Shown one piece after another: positions 1 to 13,349 of a DNA stretch of 64,000 nt; position 1 is the first letter of the stretch, and every line of letters begins with the position of its first letter. Source of the stretch: Asterias rubens (Eukaryota); NCBI RefSeq assembly GCF_902459465.1, contig NC_047074.1:14694001-14758000 (forward strand), given 5' to 3'. A program made the position numbers and the translations under genes. Under the pieces are notes generated by a model, which saw only the letters and a list, made by a program, of their open reading frames with translations, made no database searches and was not told the origin of the DNA.

Positions 1-3000
1 GGAAAAAAACGTCAATTTGTCAAAGATTTACGCCGACTTCTTCACTAATCGTAGAGCAATCTTCTCGTTTCAAAAACACCGACAACGAAAGGGTTTATCG
101 AAGCGAGTACAACTGAAAGTGACTGCCGTTCAGCGCGGCGAGACCGCCCATTGGGCGTGAAGCCAAGGCCTTCGGGGGTGATCACGCACGCCTGATACCG
201 AACACAAGAAAACGTTACTATTGCAACTCAATTCAACTCGACATTTATTTCCATAAAGATTATTTCAAAATGTGCATACACGCACACTAGTTAACTAAAC
301 ATGTATACAGAGCTTCAATTACAATGAGATCACAAATGAATCAGATGTAGATGAGGAGACATATCAACAACAAAAACTGTACAATAATGCCTCATGTAAA
401 GCAAGATACTGGGCTTAAAGTTACATAACTTACATGCATGGATGGAACAGGAAAAACAAAACAAATGAGCTAAGACAGAACAAGAAAATCTCTCATTGAT
501 TTGTTATGACAAAGATAGAAAACAGTGTTGCGGCAAAAATGCTTGGATTCGACGCTTTTGACTTGAGTTTTTGCTGGGCCTCTCATTCAAAAAGACTTGA
601 AGTACATTTCTGATTCATTTCAAGTTATTTTGTTCGTTGTTCATCCCTTTCTTTTTGTATGCTCTCTGCCTTTTTCTCTAAGAGTATGTTGTCTGTATTC
701 TTGCCACTTTACTGCTTATGAATCACTAAACACTTATACCTTTTCTGTGCGTTGTGTTGTGTTGTGTTGTCATTAGACTTGGATATGTTCAGGCCATAAA
801 CCTTTGTTTTTTTCGAGTCCATTTCAAATTTCATTACATTATAGTTAAATACAAATTAGTATGGGGGCCTACAGCACTTTCATTTTAATATGTTTTAGCT
901 TTAATTTTCGCAACTGAAATGAAATTGGAAGGTTAAATTAGTCCCTAATGTGTTAACTAGGAACACTCCAACATGCAACAGCCATCATCGGACCATCAAT
1001 ATTAATCTAGTCATAGTGCTCATGCGCCACCAACGGTAGTTTTGAATAACACACATTGCAATCGCACGCAAAAAACACCGTTATAAAAGTGGCCTATTCG
1101 CTCATTCTTATCTCATCTTTATGTAAATGAACCATCCATTCCAGTCTCTTGTTTTGAGCAAACTCTTGTGCCGATTCTATATCAACAAACCCCATCACCC
1201 CTCTTTAGTTCGGTCTGAGATCGACAACAAATGTTGCAAGTAGTAATGTTTACCCGGGGAGGATGCATTATTAACGGTAAGGTGAAGCGGACAATAGCTG
1301 GATATGTACCCAAGGATTTGAAGCGGGGGGAAAGGGCCAACCTAGGGTGGGTTCCTTTTACAAACCCCAAGGTGAACAGTTGTATAAAGAAAGAAACCCT
1401 AGATGTTTGAAACAGTTGCCTTGGACTGGGTGAGAATAAACTCAATGGAAGTTGCGTGACATACAGTAGGCATCTCTGGTAACAGTGCATGTTACCCCCC
1501 CCCCAGATAGGTATCATTAAATCACAGCCTACAGAGTATCTTTCGACTCATTTTCAAATCCACGACTGCACATACTCCTTGCTAAATCATGCTCTCTTCC
1601 TGGTGGTCAACATGGCAACGCAAGGCTGGCCGGGGTGCGAGCGTTTGCACTGCTGCCTTTCGCTATGGAACGGTCTTATGAAAATACTATTTCGTCCTTC
1701 AAAAAAGGGTCTCGAGACTTACCTGTTCTCAACTAATTGACAACTTTTGTCTTTCTCGCCTAAGTGCATTGCATTACTTTGGTAATTAGGCGCTAGTTAA
1801 TTTCATAATCAATTTTGCTTGTGTTTTATCACTGAATGAAGATGTGGCAGTTTCTGTTTCGCCAATTAAGCGACTGGACTATAAAACATGATGATGCAAA
1901 CTGTTTAATAACTTATAAAATGATAACATAATGTGTGGTGACCAAGATGCAAACAAACACGTCACAATTATTTTAGCGTCTCACAAGCTATCACTGAATT
2001 ATACAAGGAAGGTTTTGCATCTGATGAAAGTGTGTATCTAATGAAGTAGTTGTTGCTACAAAAGCTCATGTAGTTTTTCTAATGTTACTATAAATTAAGT
2101 ATAGACTTTAATTACTACCGCTACCTTCATTGTTTCATTACTAACTTTCAGGAACAAAGGCACATTTAGAATTCAAAAGTTGAATATGTAACCGTGAATA
2201 ATTGTCGCGTTTTAATCCAGAACAAGATTATACACAATGTCCGTTATAAGGTCACCATCCAATATCTTGTTCTTCTTTCATAAGCCGCAAACCTCAGATC
2301 TCCAAAATCCCTCCCCTAATCCCACAGGGTTCCCCTCGCTACCCATCCCTGGATCAATGTCCCGAGGGTGCAAGGATTAATGTAATCCTGGGAGAAAGGG
2401 GATTAAGGTAATGTAACGGTGGCTTTGTCCAGAATGTTGTTCGGTATGCTTGGAGATAATACTCATTTGCACTTAACTGGATCTTTTTTTGGTTTTGTAT
2501 GTGAAGAACCGACGTGCTCATGCATAAAGTAGGAGTTGTTTATGTATAAACCGTTCTTACTAGAATACTTCAATGGGAAACACGCGGTCGGATATGATGT
2601 TCTGCAGTTAAAACTCTATGTTCACCTAAGTATAATACCAACCCATACACTCAAACTGAAACGATTTTCACCTTTTGATCAAATCGTCGCATAGTCACAT
2701 TATCATTAAATTGTTTAATCCGGTGAAACAATAATTGTTGGCAAAAATTTGCAACTAGCTACATCAGCCTGTGATAAGATAAGTCAAAAGATGACTGGAA
2801 TTGACAACCCGTCCCAATATATTTGCATCTCTTCAAGTAACACTATCTACAAGTTTTGCTTCTAAAATGGGTCCCTCCGATCTGCAGTGTCATAGGTTGC
2901 ATAGTTCTGTGAATTTATTGTAGTTGTAGACATGTATTTTTGTATAGATCTCTTTTGATTGATTAATGTCACACTATTTTGTTGTGATGCTGTGAAGAAT

Positions 3001-3859
3001 TATGAACCTTGAACCTGACTATAAGGACTTGCATGTTTAAATAAGGTCATTGTGCATGACCAAGGACACATTGACTATTTGCAAAGATGGTGAAGTTACA
3101 CATTCACCACATCCTCAGACCACACAGCTAGATGAGTTTTCCTCCCACACTGGGTTTAAAATTTACTGTAAGCTTTTCTCTTTGTATAGGATTGTGACGA
3201 CATTCACAAGCTCCTTAGTAAAAGAGCAACAATGGCATGAAATAACAGGTGTTTTGTTACCCTCTTTACCCTATAGCGGCACCCAGTTTTCTTATACAAG
3301 TATTGTGGTTAACGAGTTTGTCTTGTGGCTCACGAGTTCCAAATGGTCCTTATCATAGGTGCAATACAAAGGAATGTACACTTGTTAACATTTTGAGCGA
3401 ATGAACCTTTAGAGCTGTTTAGCGATCAAAACTCATGGATAGACGTAGTAAATTAATTGGTCTGTACGATTTAAAATGACATCGATTCGGTGTTGTCCGA
3501 AACAAAGCTTTTCGGGCTGCTTTGAAGTTTTTCCCGCTGTCACCTTTTGTTAGTGGTGCTGAGCTAGGCAATTTTGGCATTCGCAGTGATGCAACAACTC
3601 CAGGAGAGGGATCGGGGGTCCGGAGGCCTCCCCTCTGGCACCGAACCCCTGCCCCATGTTACCCCTCCCCAAATTAGATAACAAAATGCACCAATGCATG
3701 GTTCGATATTATTGATTAGCCCCCTTCCCCTTCTCAGAGGATATGCCCCACTCTGCCCACTCCACCCTGTTTTGCCACTAATGGGAATTCTTGTGCTCAA
3801 ATTGTGGCTAACTATCTAATAGTCAGTTCATTCTTTATATTTTGTAAATTAATAGTGGT

Positions 3860-6424
3860 TATACATTGTAAACAAGGGGTTAGTTCAAAATGGCCTCCGT
3901 CTACGCGGCAAATAGCCTTACTCGAATTTCTTGTAAGATCCATTCTGGGTAAGTTGAGGGCGTTTCCCAAAGGCATACTGTGTATGGATGTGGAGTTTGT
4001 CCTACATCGGCATCTTTTGACACTTTCATTCCGTTTTTTTCAAAAAGTTATTTTAATAAGCCTGTTTTGCCTTGAAGGGGTCGCGCAGTGAGTTTCCGCA
4101 TGACTCATTCATACATCAGCCCAAAATCCTCCTTCTAAAAGTTCCTTCATCTTGGATTATAAAGAGCTACAGCTATATTCATGAGCCCCTGGTACAATCC
4201 TCACTACATCTCATTATTGTTATTGGTTATTAAAGTGTAAAAGAAGCTTCATGTAGATGTAAGGGAAGCTATATATGGCTTCACGGCTTACAACTTGTAT
4301 GGTTTAAGGGGAAATAATGCCATCAGAAGTCCCCAGGATTTTCTGGTACAGTGAGCTGGGTTTACTTTGAGCCTTGGTAACTTGTTCAGATTCGGCATGT
4401 AGTATTCCTTTCTTCAATTGTTGGTAATTATACGTTTTGGAATGGGAAAGTAAACAGTTCCCTATATAGGTGGTTTAAGCAACCATGCTGTTGTAAGCCT
4501 TGTCGAGGCAAATGAACTGTAATAATGGAAGTCGGTTTTTGTTCGGTTAAGTATTTTCAACTATGACAAACTTTCGAAGGGATAACTTTTGCTGTTGTAG
4601 TTGAAGAGGCACATGCTTTGAAGAGATAGACAATTGACCACATAAAAACTACCTTATTTCGAGTGTTTCTTCAGTTACATTGCAGGCACGTGTATAAGCT
4701 ATATAGTTATATTTAATGTTCTTGTTTGGTTTGAAGAAAGAACGTAAATTCCAACATAGACAGTGTTTTTCACCTCCAATGCTCTTCACGTATGTCTCAA
4801 CATGCATCTTCTCTCCTTTTCGTTCCAACCACTTGATTACTTGTACAATTTAACCAGTCTGTTACAAATTACAAGTACAAGGGCCAACAAAGCTTTGGTA
4901 ATTACTCAAAAGTACAATTGGAATTGTTTATATCGATTGCAATACAGAATTCATCATGAATAGTTCAGGCCCCTTGGACCCCAAATCCAGGTCAATTCTG
5001 ACCCAGGAGTTTCTAGGGTTGTGCTGCTCTATCAAAAAAGACGCCGTGCATAAACCTACGACAATCGTTCCCTAATATCTTATTCTAACATAACATTAAT
5101 AGTTGGTTCGGGATTCGGGTCATTATTATCGTGCCACAGTCTTGATATTATTCTATCGCTAAAAATGTACTCACATTGTATGAACTATTTGCTCTTCTCT
5201 GCCTGTATTTGGGTAATGCTTTCCTTGGCAACATCATCAAGATACAAGAGGACTCTTCGTAAACCCTCATCTTCTGGCAGATTCAATAACAAGACCCAGT
5301 GATTACCTCTCATGTATGAGCCCAAGTGTTTGTACTCTCTACTTATACGGATACATTGTCAGGTTTGAACAAAAACAGAACCTTCTGGTGTCTCGTGTGG
5401 CCCTTCTTAGCAAACACAGGTGTGAAGACATCGACTTTCTTCACGAAGTGGTAAAATAATAAATGTAGTTGGCCTGCGAGAGCATCCGTCAGTCAGCTAC
5501 AATCCCGTAGAGGGACTAATGCCTTGATTCAAGCCTTGCTCTGGATACTGTCACAATAATTCATTTTCTCATGTCGTGAAACCGTGTCAGTGTAAGTCGC
5601 TAAAGTTACAGTTGCTTTAAGACGTCTCCTGCACTGTGTGCTCTTATAATGCAACTTCGAAGATGGATATTTCAACTCACTTTGTTACACTTTGGCGATA
5701 TTCAATAGTTCCTTTCACGTCGATAAAGGTGCGGACAATATTCCAGCTCATCACTAGACCGTCATTTCAACACAGCACCAATAGACCAACACCGTTATAC
5801 ACACAGATAATGTCAATATAATTCAGCGAGTAAAAGTACGGTTTACTCTAAGATACCAAATCGATATCTTGGCCGTCCCTCGCTAATTGCTTCTGGTGTA
5901 CACATATGAATGGAATGATGTAGTAATGGGTTATAGGTGACAAACCCATAGCCTTCAGTTTAATGAAAACCAATAAGAGAAGATATTGTGGTTTTGTGCT
6001 TACCTGTTTGGTGAAGGCCGGGGTGTCTTGTGTAAGAGGCGGTCCCCACGCATCCTCCCTGTTGGATCTTAAGAAACGCCTGTTCACTTCAAGTAGTTCT
6101 GACAAAGAAGAACCATCATCGAAGAAACAATGATCTTGTCATTCATCAGTTTCTACTACTCTTTCTCTTGTAAATGTGACTTAGAAGCTTCTTCAGGTTT
6201 TCGTCACTGTAACAAAAAACCCACGACCCCGTGGACACGGCCGGACTTTCTTCTTGCGCACACCGCGCTGTAACATCATGACGAAACAACCCCCACAACT
6301 CCCCGAGATGGGATGGTGTTTGCAACCATAACATTGGTCCTTTGTCGTGTTGTGTTTGTTTTCTACCTCAATGAATAAGCCCACCGTGCTCTACTCTGTG
6401 AGCACTGACGACGTGGCTTCGACA
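3860..6424 (-). pseudogene. Decayed protein-coding sequence of unknown family (possibly P-loop/STAND-like or transposon-derived)
   Basis: Manual minus-strand translation gives protein-like runs broken by stops and frameshifts: SELLEVNRRFLRSNREDAWGPPLTQDTPAFTKQ followed by a donor CAG|GTAAGC near 6003; REYKHLGSYMRGNHWVLLLNLPEDEGLRRVLLYLDDVAKES at about 5200-5340; QVIKWLERKGEKMHVETYVKSIGGEKHCLCWNLRSFFKPNKNIKYNYIAYTRACNV at about 4670-4845. No intact ORF; boundaries approximate. Confidence 0.35.
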
Positions 6425-6759
6425 TTAGATGGTTACATTGCAATACTAATTTACATTATTTAACTTAGTGTACCTTTTTATTAAAGCAATAGTTTGTTTT
6501 TGGTCTTCGGGGTTGCCAGCATACCCCCCCCCCCATTCACTCTCTTAGATCAGTGTCCTTCTTTCGATTAAAAACCACAGTATTTCTGTTTTTTGTGACA
6601 ACCATACATGAATTAACAAACCTCGGAACGTAGGCTTAATAGCAGGAGTCGATACCTTTCCTTTTTTCAACCATTCGATTGTTTTAACACTATACACTAG
6701 CTTGTGAAAAATGCACCTCGGTAGCGTTTTTTGAGATAATTATTGCCGCGGAAAATCCA

Positions 6760-7032
6760 CAGCGGTTGTGTCTACAGGGAGAATACGAAAGTCCCAGAGC
6801 GGTTGTGTCTGCAAGGAGAATAAGAAAGTCCCAGAGCTGTTGTGTCCACAGGGAGAATAAGAAAGTCCCACAGCGGTTGTGTCTGCAGGGAGAATAAGAA
6901 AGTCCCAGAGCGGTTGTGTCCACAGGGAGAATAAGAAAGTCCCACAGCGGTTGTGTCTACAGGGAGAATACGAAAGTCCCAGAGCGGTTGTGTCTGCAAG
7001 GAGAATAAGAAAGTCACAGAGCGGTTGTGTCC
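6760..7032. repeat. 37-bp minisatellite, about 7 copies
   Basis: Unit (C/G)AGCGGTTGTGTC(TA/TG/CA)CA(G/A)GGAGAATA(C/A)GAAAGTCCCA. The 37-aa periodicity in the overlapping ORF translations equals three units (111 bp). Confidence 0.9.
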
Positions 7033-8872
7033 CAGCAAAAGAAAACACTCCGTTATTGGCATCCATGATGATAAACGTTCCCAACTTTTGGGAGAAAACT
7101 AATAATCTGTTATCGTAACCACATTGCTTCGATGTTAATGATTCTTAAAATTGAAGCTAAGACTAGTGAAAATAACCATGGCATTCAAAAAATGTTCATT
7201 GTTTATACACATATCCTTGTGGTTTTAACAACCGTTAAACCAGATGCCTACAGTTTTCTCTCACGAACTTGACTTGATTCCAGAGGGAATTTAATTATCG
7301 AATATTAATTAAGTGAACTTCATATCAGTAAGCTGCTTGACTAAATCAAACAGTGTTTTTTTTATTCTTGCCATAATCACAGAGTCATAATAAAAGCTTT
7401 CTGTTTCTCATCGGAGAGTCGATCAGGGCAGAGCTACCCCGGTGAGTAGACCGCGGCTGCTCGGCTACGACAAGCCACAAACTGATGGCAGTAATATTTT
7501 GCTTTGAGACACGACGCCCCCAGTTGTGACAAAAACGCCAGAGAACCGCGCAGGCCATATCAAGAAAATAACTCAAAATCACAAACAATTCTCAAACAAC
7601 AGTAAATCTGATTTCATTGAAAATGTGACCATAATAAAAGAATTATTATTATGAAAACATTTTTGATACAAAAAATTAACAATTAACATGTCATGCTATG
7701 TGGATGAGTTTTGCTCTTAGTGATTTTGATCAACGTAAGGGCACATAACTTTGCATCAGTTTTCGAATGTCAGGACATGAACAAGAAGCAATAAGAAGAT
7801 GATGATCATAAAAGACGTAAAAGTGATTGAACAGGCTGATTGTATTGTTCAAACAAAAGGAAATATTTACACACAAATCCTCATGTTAGGTCAACAAAAT
7901 CATACCACAATCGGTCTATTCATCGAAGCTGCAAATAAGCGTATCACAGAATTGAACTCGATGAGCGTGTATGCTGTACCGCCCTCTGCTGATGTTATTG
8001 TGACAACTATTCTTCATGTTTTAAACTTTAAAACGTGCAGTTCATGTTCAATGTAAGTACAAAAATCACTCAAATTTACTTCAGTTTTTTCCATTAAAAT
8101 GGGATGGCTCGTTTTTTTATTGAGATAATTTAACATATTTGGGTCATTTAAGTTAATTTTAACGTAATTATCGCTTTTGTTATGTTGTAACGAAGTGCGA
8201 CGTGAACAAAATAACACATGCAGATAACACTTTTCAAACAATATGGCGGCGCCCAACAGCTACAGTTTTGAGGTAAGCTTTATGCTTCTTTTGTAGGACG
8301 GTTTACAGGACTGGAGTAGCATTGTGTTGATAATTCGAAAAAGTATATTGTATAATCCAACCATGTGATGTTATTTGTATTGTTTGACAAAGTTTGTTTT
8401 AAGTAACACGAATGATTGAATGATAAACAAACGTAAGTCAACTCAAATATTGAAACTTGAAAGTGATGAAGAAAGTCAAAAGTGCGCGCGTGATTCAAAC
8501 AACAAGGTTCATTAAAATACCATGGCATTAACACTGTAGTGTAAATAACACTCAAATTTTTATGAACATCTTTACAATAAAGATCAAGATTTCATGAAAT
8601 TACATGAAAAAGGATGGCATATTTTGCATTGCTTGGCCACATTCAACATGTCATTGAATTCCAACAAGCAAAGGGATCCATTGTTTGTTTTGTGTTTTTA
8701 ATTTTATAGAAGCTGTTGTCATGGTGATAGTTTTTTGTTTTGCCCCAGGCAATTTGTATCTGTACGTATCTGACAAACAAACACAACTACAACTTTTACA
8801 AGTACAACATAACATTTTTATTTCATATAAATAATATTCTTATTTTATTGCTCATGGACTTGGAAACATTAT

Positions 8873-9269
8873 TTAAAGACATTGGACACTATTGGTTATT
8901 GTCAAAGACCAGTCTTCTCACTTGGTGTATCTCAACATATGCATAAAATAACAAACCTGTGAAAATTTGAGCTCGATTGGTCGTCGGAGTTGCGAGATAA
9001 CTACATGTATGAAAGAAAAAACACCCTTGGCTTGTCACACGACGTTGTGTGCTTTTAGATGGTTGATTTTGAGACCTCAAATTCTAAGTCTGAGGTCTCA
9101 AAATCAAATTCGTGGAAAATTACTTCTTTCTAGAAAACTACGTCACACCAGAGGGAGCCGTTTCTCACAATGTGTTGTAATATTAACCTCTCCCCATTAC
9201 TCGTTACCAAGTAAGGTTTTATGCTGATAATTATTTTGAGTAATTACCAATAGTGTCCACTACCTTTAA
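8873..9269. mobile_element. TTAA-flanked MITE, family A (Kolobok/piggyBac-type target site)
   Basis: TTAA-AGACATTGGACACTATTGGT ... ACCAATAGTGTCCACTACCT-TTAA. Internal sequence is shared with copies at 9836, 11104, 18322, 27129, 44352 and 62000. Confidence 0.85.
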
Positions 9270-9835
9270 GTGAACCATCATGAATGTCCGTGGTCGAAGC
9301 GAGCCACACAAACATAGGTCTCATAACTCAATACACAAAGCATGATCACAAAAAAGAAAACAGAAATTTGATTTTAGACACTGTACGTTTATTATGTTGG
9401 TTGACTCAGCAGGATCCACAAGTTGGGACGTAAAGCTGAGGGTGGTTGATTGGTGCTCGCAAGCAGTAGAAATACAAGTGCCTCCAGGCTAACAAAAAGG
9501 GCGTGAAAAAAAAGAAAAAAGTGCTTTACGTGTATATATTAATGAACAGTGGCAGTGCAACTGTAGACTAGACCCCGGTTGCATTGGCCGCCATGATGAT
9601 CACTGCCGTGTTTCTGTTACTGTCGGCGGAATGATATAAGATGTTTCTCATCAGCACCGACATGTGATTTTGGCCTGCACCAGTGGACCACTATTTTAAA
9701 AGGGAGAACACGACCCTTGGTTCCCCTTCTGTTTTGATTTTGGTGGCCAAGTGGCCTTGACTATCTTAAGGTTAAGGTTGAGACCTGCGCAGTGTTTTCA
9801 GTTGATTTTTTGCTCTGTTGTGTTACAAACAACAT

Positions 9836-10163
9836 TTAAAGGCAGTGGACACTATTGGTAATTACTCAAAATAATTATTCGCATAAAACCTTTCGTGGTG
9901 ACAAGTCATGGGGAGACGTTGGTGGTATAAAACTTTGTGAGAAACCGCTCCCTCTGAAGTGCCATAGTTTTGGAGAAAGAAGTAATTTTCCAAGAATTTG
10001 ATTTCGAGGTCTCGAAATCAACCATCTAAACGCACACAACTTCGTGTGACCAGGGTGTTTTCTTCTTTCATTATTATCTCTTATTATTTTAAGTATTTGT
10101 TGAGATACACCAACTGTGAAGGCTAGTCTTTGACAGTTACAAAAAAGTGTCCACTGTCTTTAA
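9836..10163. mobile_element. TTAA-flanked MITE, family A
   Basis: TTAA-AGGCAGTGGACACTATTGGTAATT ... AAGTGTCCACTGTCT-TTAA, 145 bp upstream of the CEP19 ATG. Confidence 0.85.
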
Positions 10164-10307
10164 AATATTTTTTTTTCAAACCTCACCATACAGGAATCCC
10201 GTGCTTCCTTCACTCCATCTGACAGATGTAACTAAGGTGTGCGTCATGTAGCTTGATCAGAAGGTGTAATCTTCAGATACAACTCAGTTTCAAACACCCA
10301 TACAGTC

Positions 10308-10802
10308 ATGTCTGTTACACCAAAGAAATGTGCGATACGAGTCGACCCACCAACCCTGATCCTTACCTACACCGATGACTCTACAGGTAAGGTTCGTCAA
10401 CGCTCAATGCCATTACGGAACTTTACCAAACGCTCTGGAGTTGATCGCTTTGTAAATGAGCTTAAAACTAACCCTCGCCACAAGAAGTATCTTGAGAATG
10501 TCAGCGCCGCTCAGATCGCAAAACTACTCAAGATTATCAAAGAGCGACAGTCGGGACTCAGCATGGAAGCGTCGGTGGATAAAGTGAAGAAGGAGCTATC
10601 CGTTGATCCCGAGGAAGACCTCAATAAGTTAGACGATGATGCACTGGAGCAGAAGAAACACATCATGGATAAGACGTTTGAGAAGAATCGTAAGAAGCCA
10701 GGTGATGAGGATTTTCAGTATGATATTGATGTTGATTTTGGGGATGGAGGAATCGAGTGTTCTGGATGGGACTCTGGAGAAGAATCAGATCCAAGTTTCT
10801 AA
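10308..10802 (+). CDS. CEP19: Centrosomal protein of 19 kDa, single coding exon, 164 aa
   Basis: Full-length match to recalled CEP19 motifs: PKKCAIRVDPPTLILTY, GKVRQRSMPLRNF, LKTNPRHKKYLENVS, DPEEDLNKLDD, KKHIMDKTFEKNRKKPGDEDFQYDIDVDF, CSGWDS. Confidence 0.95.
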   Translation: MSVTPKKCAIRVDPPTLILTYTDDSTGKVRQRSMPLRNFTKRSGVDRFVNELKTNPRHKKYLENVSAAQIAKLLKIIKERQSGLSMEASVDKVKKELSVDPEEDLNKLDDDALEQKKHIMDKTFEKNRKKPGDEDFQYDIDVDFGDGGIECSGWDSGEESDPSF

Positions 10803-11103
10803 ATTGGGCAGTTTTATTCAGGATTGGTTGAGCTGACATAGTTTGTGTGATCAACTTAAGTCATGAAATGACAAACCTGTGAAAACTTTGCAGGTTCTTT
10901 ATTAGGTTTCAGATGCTGTATTCAGTTTTCCTGAGCATGACTTTATTTCACAAAACGTTTTACATGTATAAGGAAAAATTTCCTTGAAAGAATGGTCCAA
11001 ATATGGAATTCATTATCAGTAAGCTTTCAGACTGAAATTTAACAACAATGTTTTGTTTATCCTGACCAATCCTGAATTTATTCCATTAAATGTTGTATTT
11101 GTT

Positions 11104-11435
11104 TTAAAGGGAAGGTACACGTTTGGTAATTGTCAAAGACCAGTCTTCTCACTTGGTGAATCCCAACATAAGCATAAAATAACAAGCCTGTGAAAATTTG
11201 AGCTAAATTGGTCATCGAAGTTCCGAGAAAATGATGAGAGAAAAAACACCCTTGTTGGACGATTGTGTGTGCTTTCAGATAGCAATAAAAGACTTCTAGC
11301 TGGAAGTCTTTTATTATTGGGAGTCGTTTCCCACAATGTTTTATACTACCAACAGCTCTCCAATGCTCGTTACCAAGTAAGTCTTTAAGTTAATATTTGT
11401 TTTGAGTAATTACCAAGCGTGTACCTTCCCTTTAA
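11104..11435. mobile_element. TTAA-flanked MITE, subfamily of family A
   Basis: TTAA-AGGGAAGGTACACGTTTGGTAATT ... AATTACCAAGCGTGTACCTTCCCT-TTAA, with internal homology to the 8873 copy. Confidence 0.85.
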
Positions 11436-11465
11436 AGGGAACTGTCAATACCTAATCCAGATTAA

Positions 11466-11593
11466 AGCCTGGTTGATTTTGCTGAATGAGCGAAAGCCAC
11501 TGTGGGAAATACATGTAATAGGGGGCATATAATGGCAGTGCCCCTTTTTCCTTCCCACAATGCTTTTCTGCAAATCAGCAAAATTAACCAGGC
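11466..11593. mobile_element. Small MITE-like inverted-repeat element
   Basis: GCCTGGTTGATTTTGCTGA ... TCAGCAAAATTAACCAGGC inverted termini. Confidence 0.55.
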
Positions 11594-11798
11594 GGAGTGG
11601 CGCTAAGCTCTATAGCAAGCCTGTGGAAGAATTTTGGAGTAACCAAGTCACTGTATGCGCACACATGTTGGATGTGATATCGCAGTGTCAGCTGTGGCAC
11701 ATGAGAAGTATGCACGCATTTGCAGTAACTGGAATAGAGTTCATACTTCCATGTACAGCCACAGACCAGCTATGATCATGACTACACAGTCATCCTTA

Positions 11799-11952
11799 AA
11801 TGGGAGACTTTTGGGACGCTTGGTGGCAGCAGACTTACCAGGTAAAATCCATTGTTCTCGGTAATGTGCGCATGCTCAAAACTACATGTACGTTAACAAT
11901 GGAAATTTACCTGGTAAGTCTGCTGCCACCTAGCGTTCCAAAGTCTCCCATT
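11799..11952. mobile_element. MITE with about 57-bp terminal inverted repeats
   Basis: AATGGGAGACTTTTGGGACGCTTGGTGGCAGCAGACTTACCAGGTAAAATCCATTGT and its near-perfect reverse complement ACAATGGAAATTTACCTGGTAAGTCTGCTGCCACCTAGCGTTCCAAAGTCTCCCATT. Confidence 0.8.
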
Positions 11953-12830
11953 GGGCTTTAATTGAAGCAAAATAAATGAAGTTATTCTGCAAATTGGACT
12001 TCCTCGTTATAGTTATACATGTAGCTACAAACCTGAAATGGCTGCCAATGTTGGCTTTGTAAAATATTTGGATTCAATTTGTACAATGTGTGGTTTAGTT
12101 TATTTTGAATAACTATTTTGAAATGCCTTTTCAAAAGTTTCTACGCATTAGAAATTTGAAATGTTTCATGATTTCCTTTATGAAGGACTTCAATTTGTTC
12201 CACCTTACACCTAGAGGTACATTGTAGGGTCATGGTTAGTGGTTTTGTAGTGATGACTAGCAAAGTGAGCAGCAAAGATTGTACAAAGAAACTTATTAAT
12301 TGAAAGTTTTTCAAGGAATTAAGAGTTGTCTTGTTGAAAAATACATACTATCTAAAAACTGTTGTGGTCTCACAAAATGGCATCAAGACACCAACTCTCA
12401 GAAAACACAGAAACGATTCATGCATGAATTGGTTTTCAGATTGAAATGTTTTTGGTGAAAAGTTATCCAAACCTTTCAAAGAGAATTCCTTCTCAAAAAA
12501 AGTTTTTACAACACAACAATGCACATGTTCACCTGAAATGCTCGTCAGTTGCCACCAAACAAGTTCTTGTGTTTATTCATAGTTTTAAATAATGTAATGT
12601 TTTGGAGTATTCACCAATATATGACCTTACCGTGGAACGCTATATGTATATAGTTATACTATCTTTTTTAACAGTGCTTCCTTGTTTCAGAGTTAATGAA
12701 ATTGCAAATAATAACGAGCTTTGCAAATAATAATGAGCTTTGCAAATAATAATGAGCTTTGCAAATAAGATGTGCACAATAACAATGTAAAAGTGTGGCC
12801 TTTGCCAATTACTATTATTTTTATACCCAG

Positions 12831-13015
12831 GGGCTAATTTCATAGAGCTTCTTTAGCAGCAAATATTGTCCAACACTTTGCTGCCAAGCAAAAATGAGCA
12901 AGCATTTGTTACAAATTGTACATGAACATGTTTTTAGGCTGGTAAATTATAGCAAGCATAATTTTGTCTGTGCTTTGCAACTTTTCATGCTTAAGCATCT
13001 CTTTGAAATTGGGTC
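12831..13015. mobile_element. PIF/Harbinger-like MITE (family of the 38130 copy)
   Basis: GGGCTAATTTCATAGAGCTT ... AAGCATCTCTTTGAAATTGGGTC, with flanks CAG / CAT. Confidence 0.7.
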
Positions 13016-13349
13016 CATGTAAGACTTGATAAAACAAATGTTGACGATTCAAACTTTACTAGGTATGTGATGGTAAAAATTTTGTTAGAACCTAAATTAA
13101 TTCTCTTTTAATCCGAAACTGATTTTTCTCTTGTCATTATCTCAAAAATATTACTTATAATATTAACCCCCCCCCCCCACAAAAAAAGGGACGCAATGCA
13201 TTAAAAGAATTGTTTTTTACAGTTTATTAAAAATAACATGTCTTATGTACATTATTGTGAAAACCAGAAACTGTTGCATAATTTAATAATTTCATTAACA
13301 AAAATTCCCAATTTCAACAAAAATGCAAGGCTGTCTTTTGCATCTTGTT

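Noticed and set aside
530-840. Lys/Glu-rich minus-strand translation near the window start (possible LINE or exon remnant)
   Set aside because: Several stops and no recognisable motif or splice pair; may be 3' UTR of a minus-strand transcript (AATAAA-like signal at about 244-249).
3860-6424. Possible RAG1/Transib, KDZ, Schlafen or NXPE identity for the decayed frame
   Set aside because: Compared with recalled motifs (RAG1 SCDG and GYDEK, KDZ DGEGCER, Schlafen SWAVDL and GLPGSGKT, NXPE GDS); none is clearly present, only vague resemblances.
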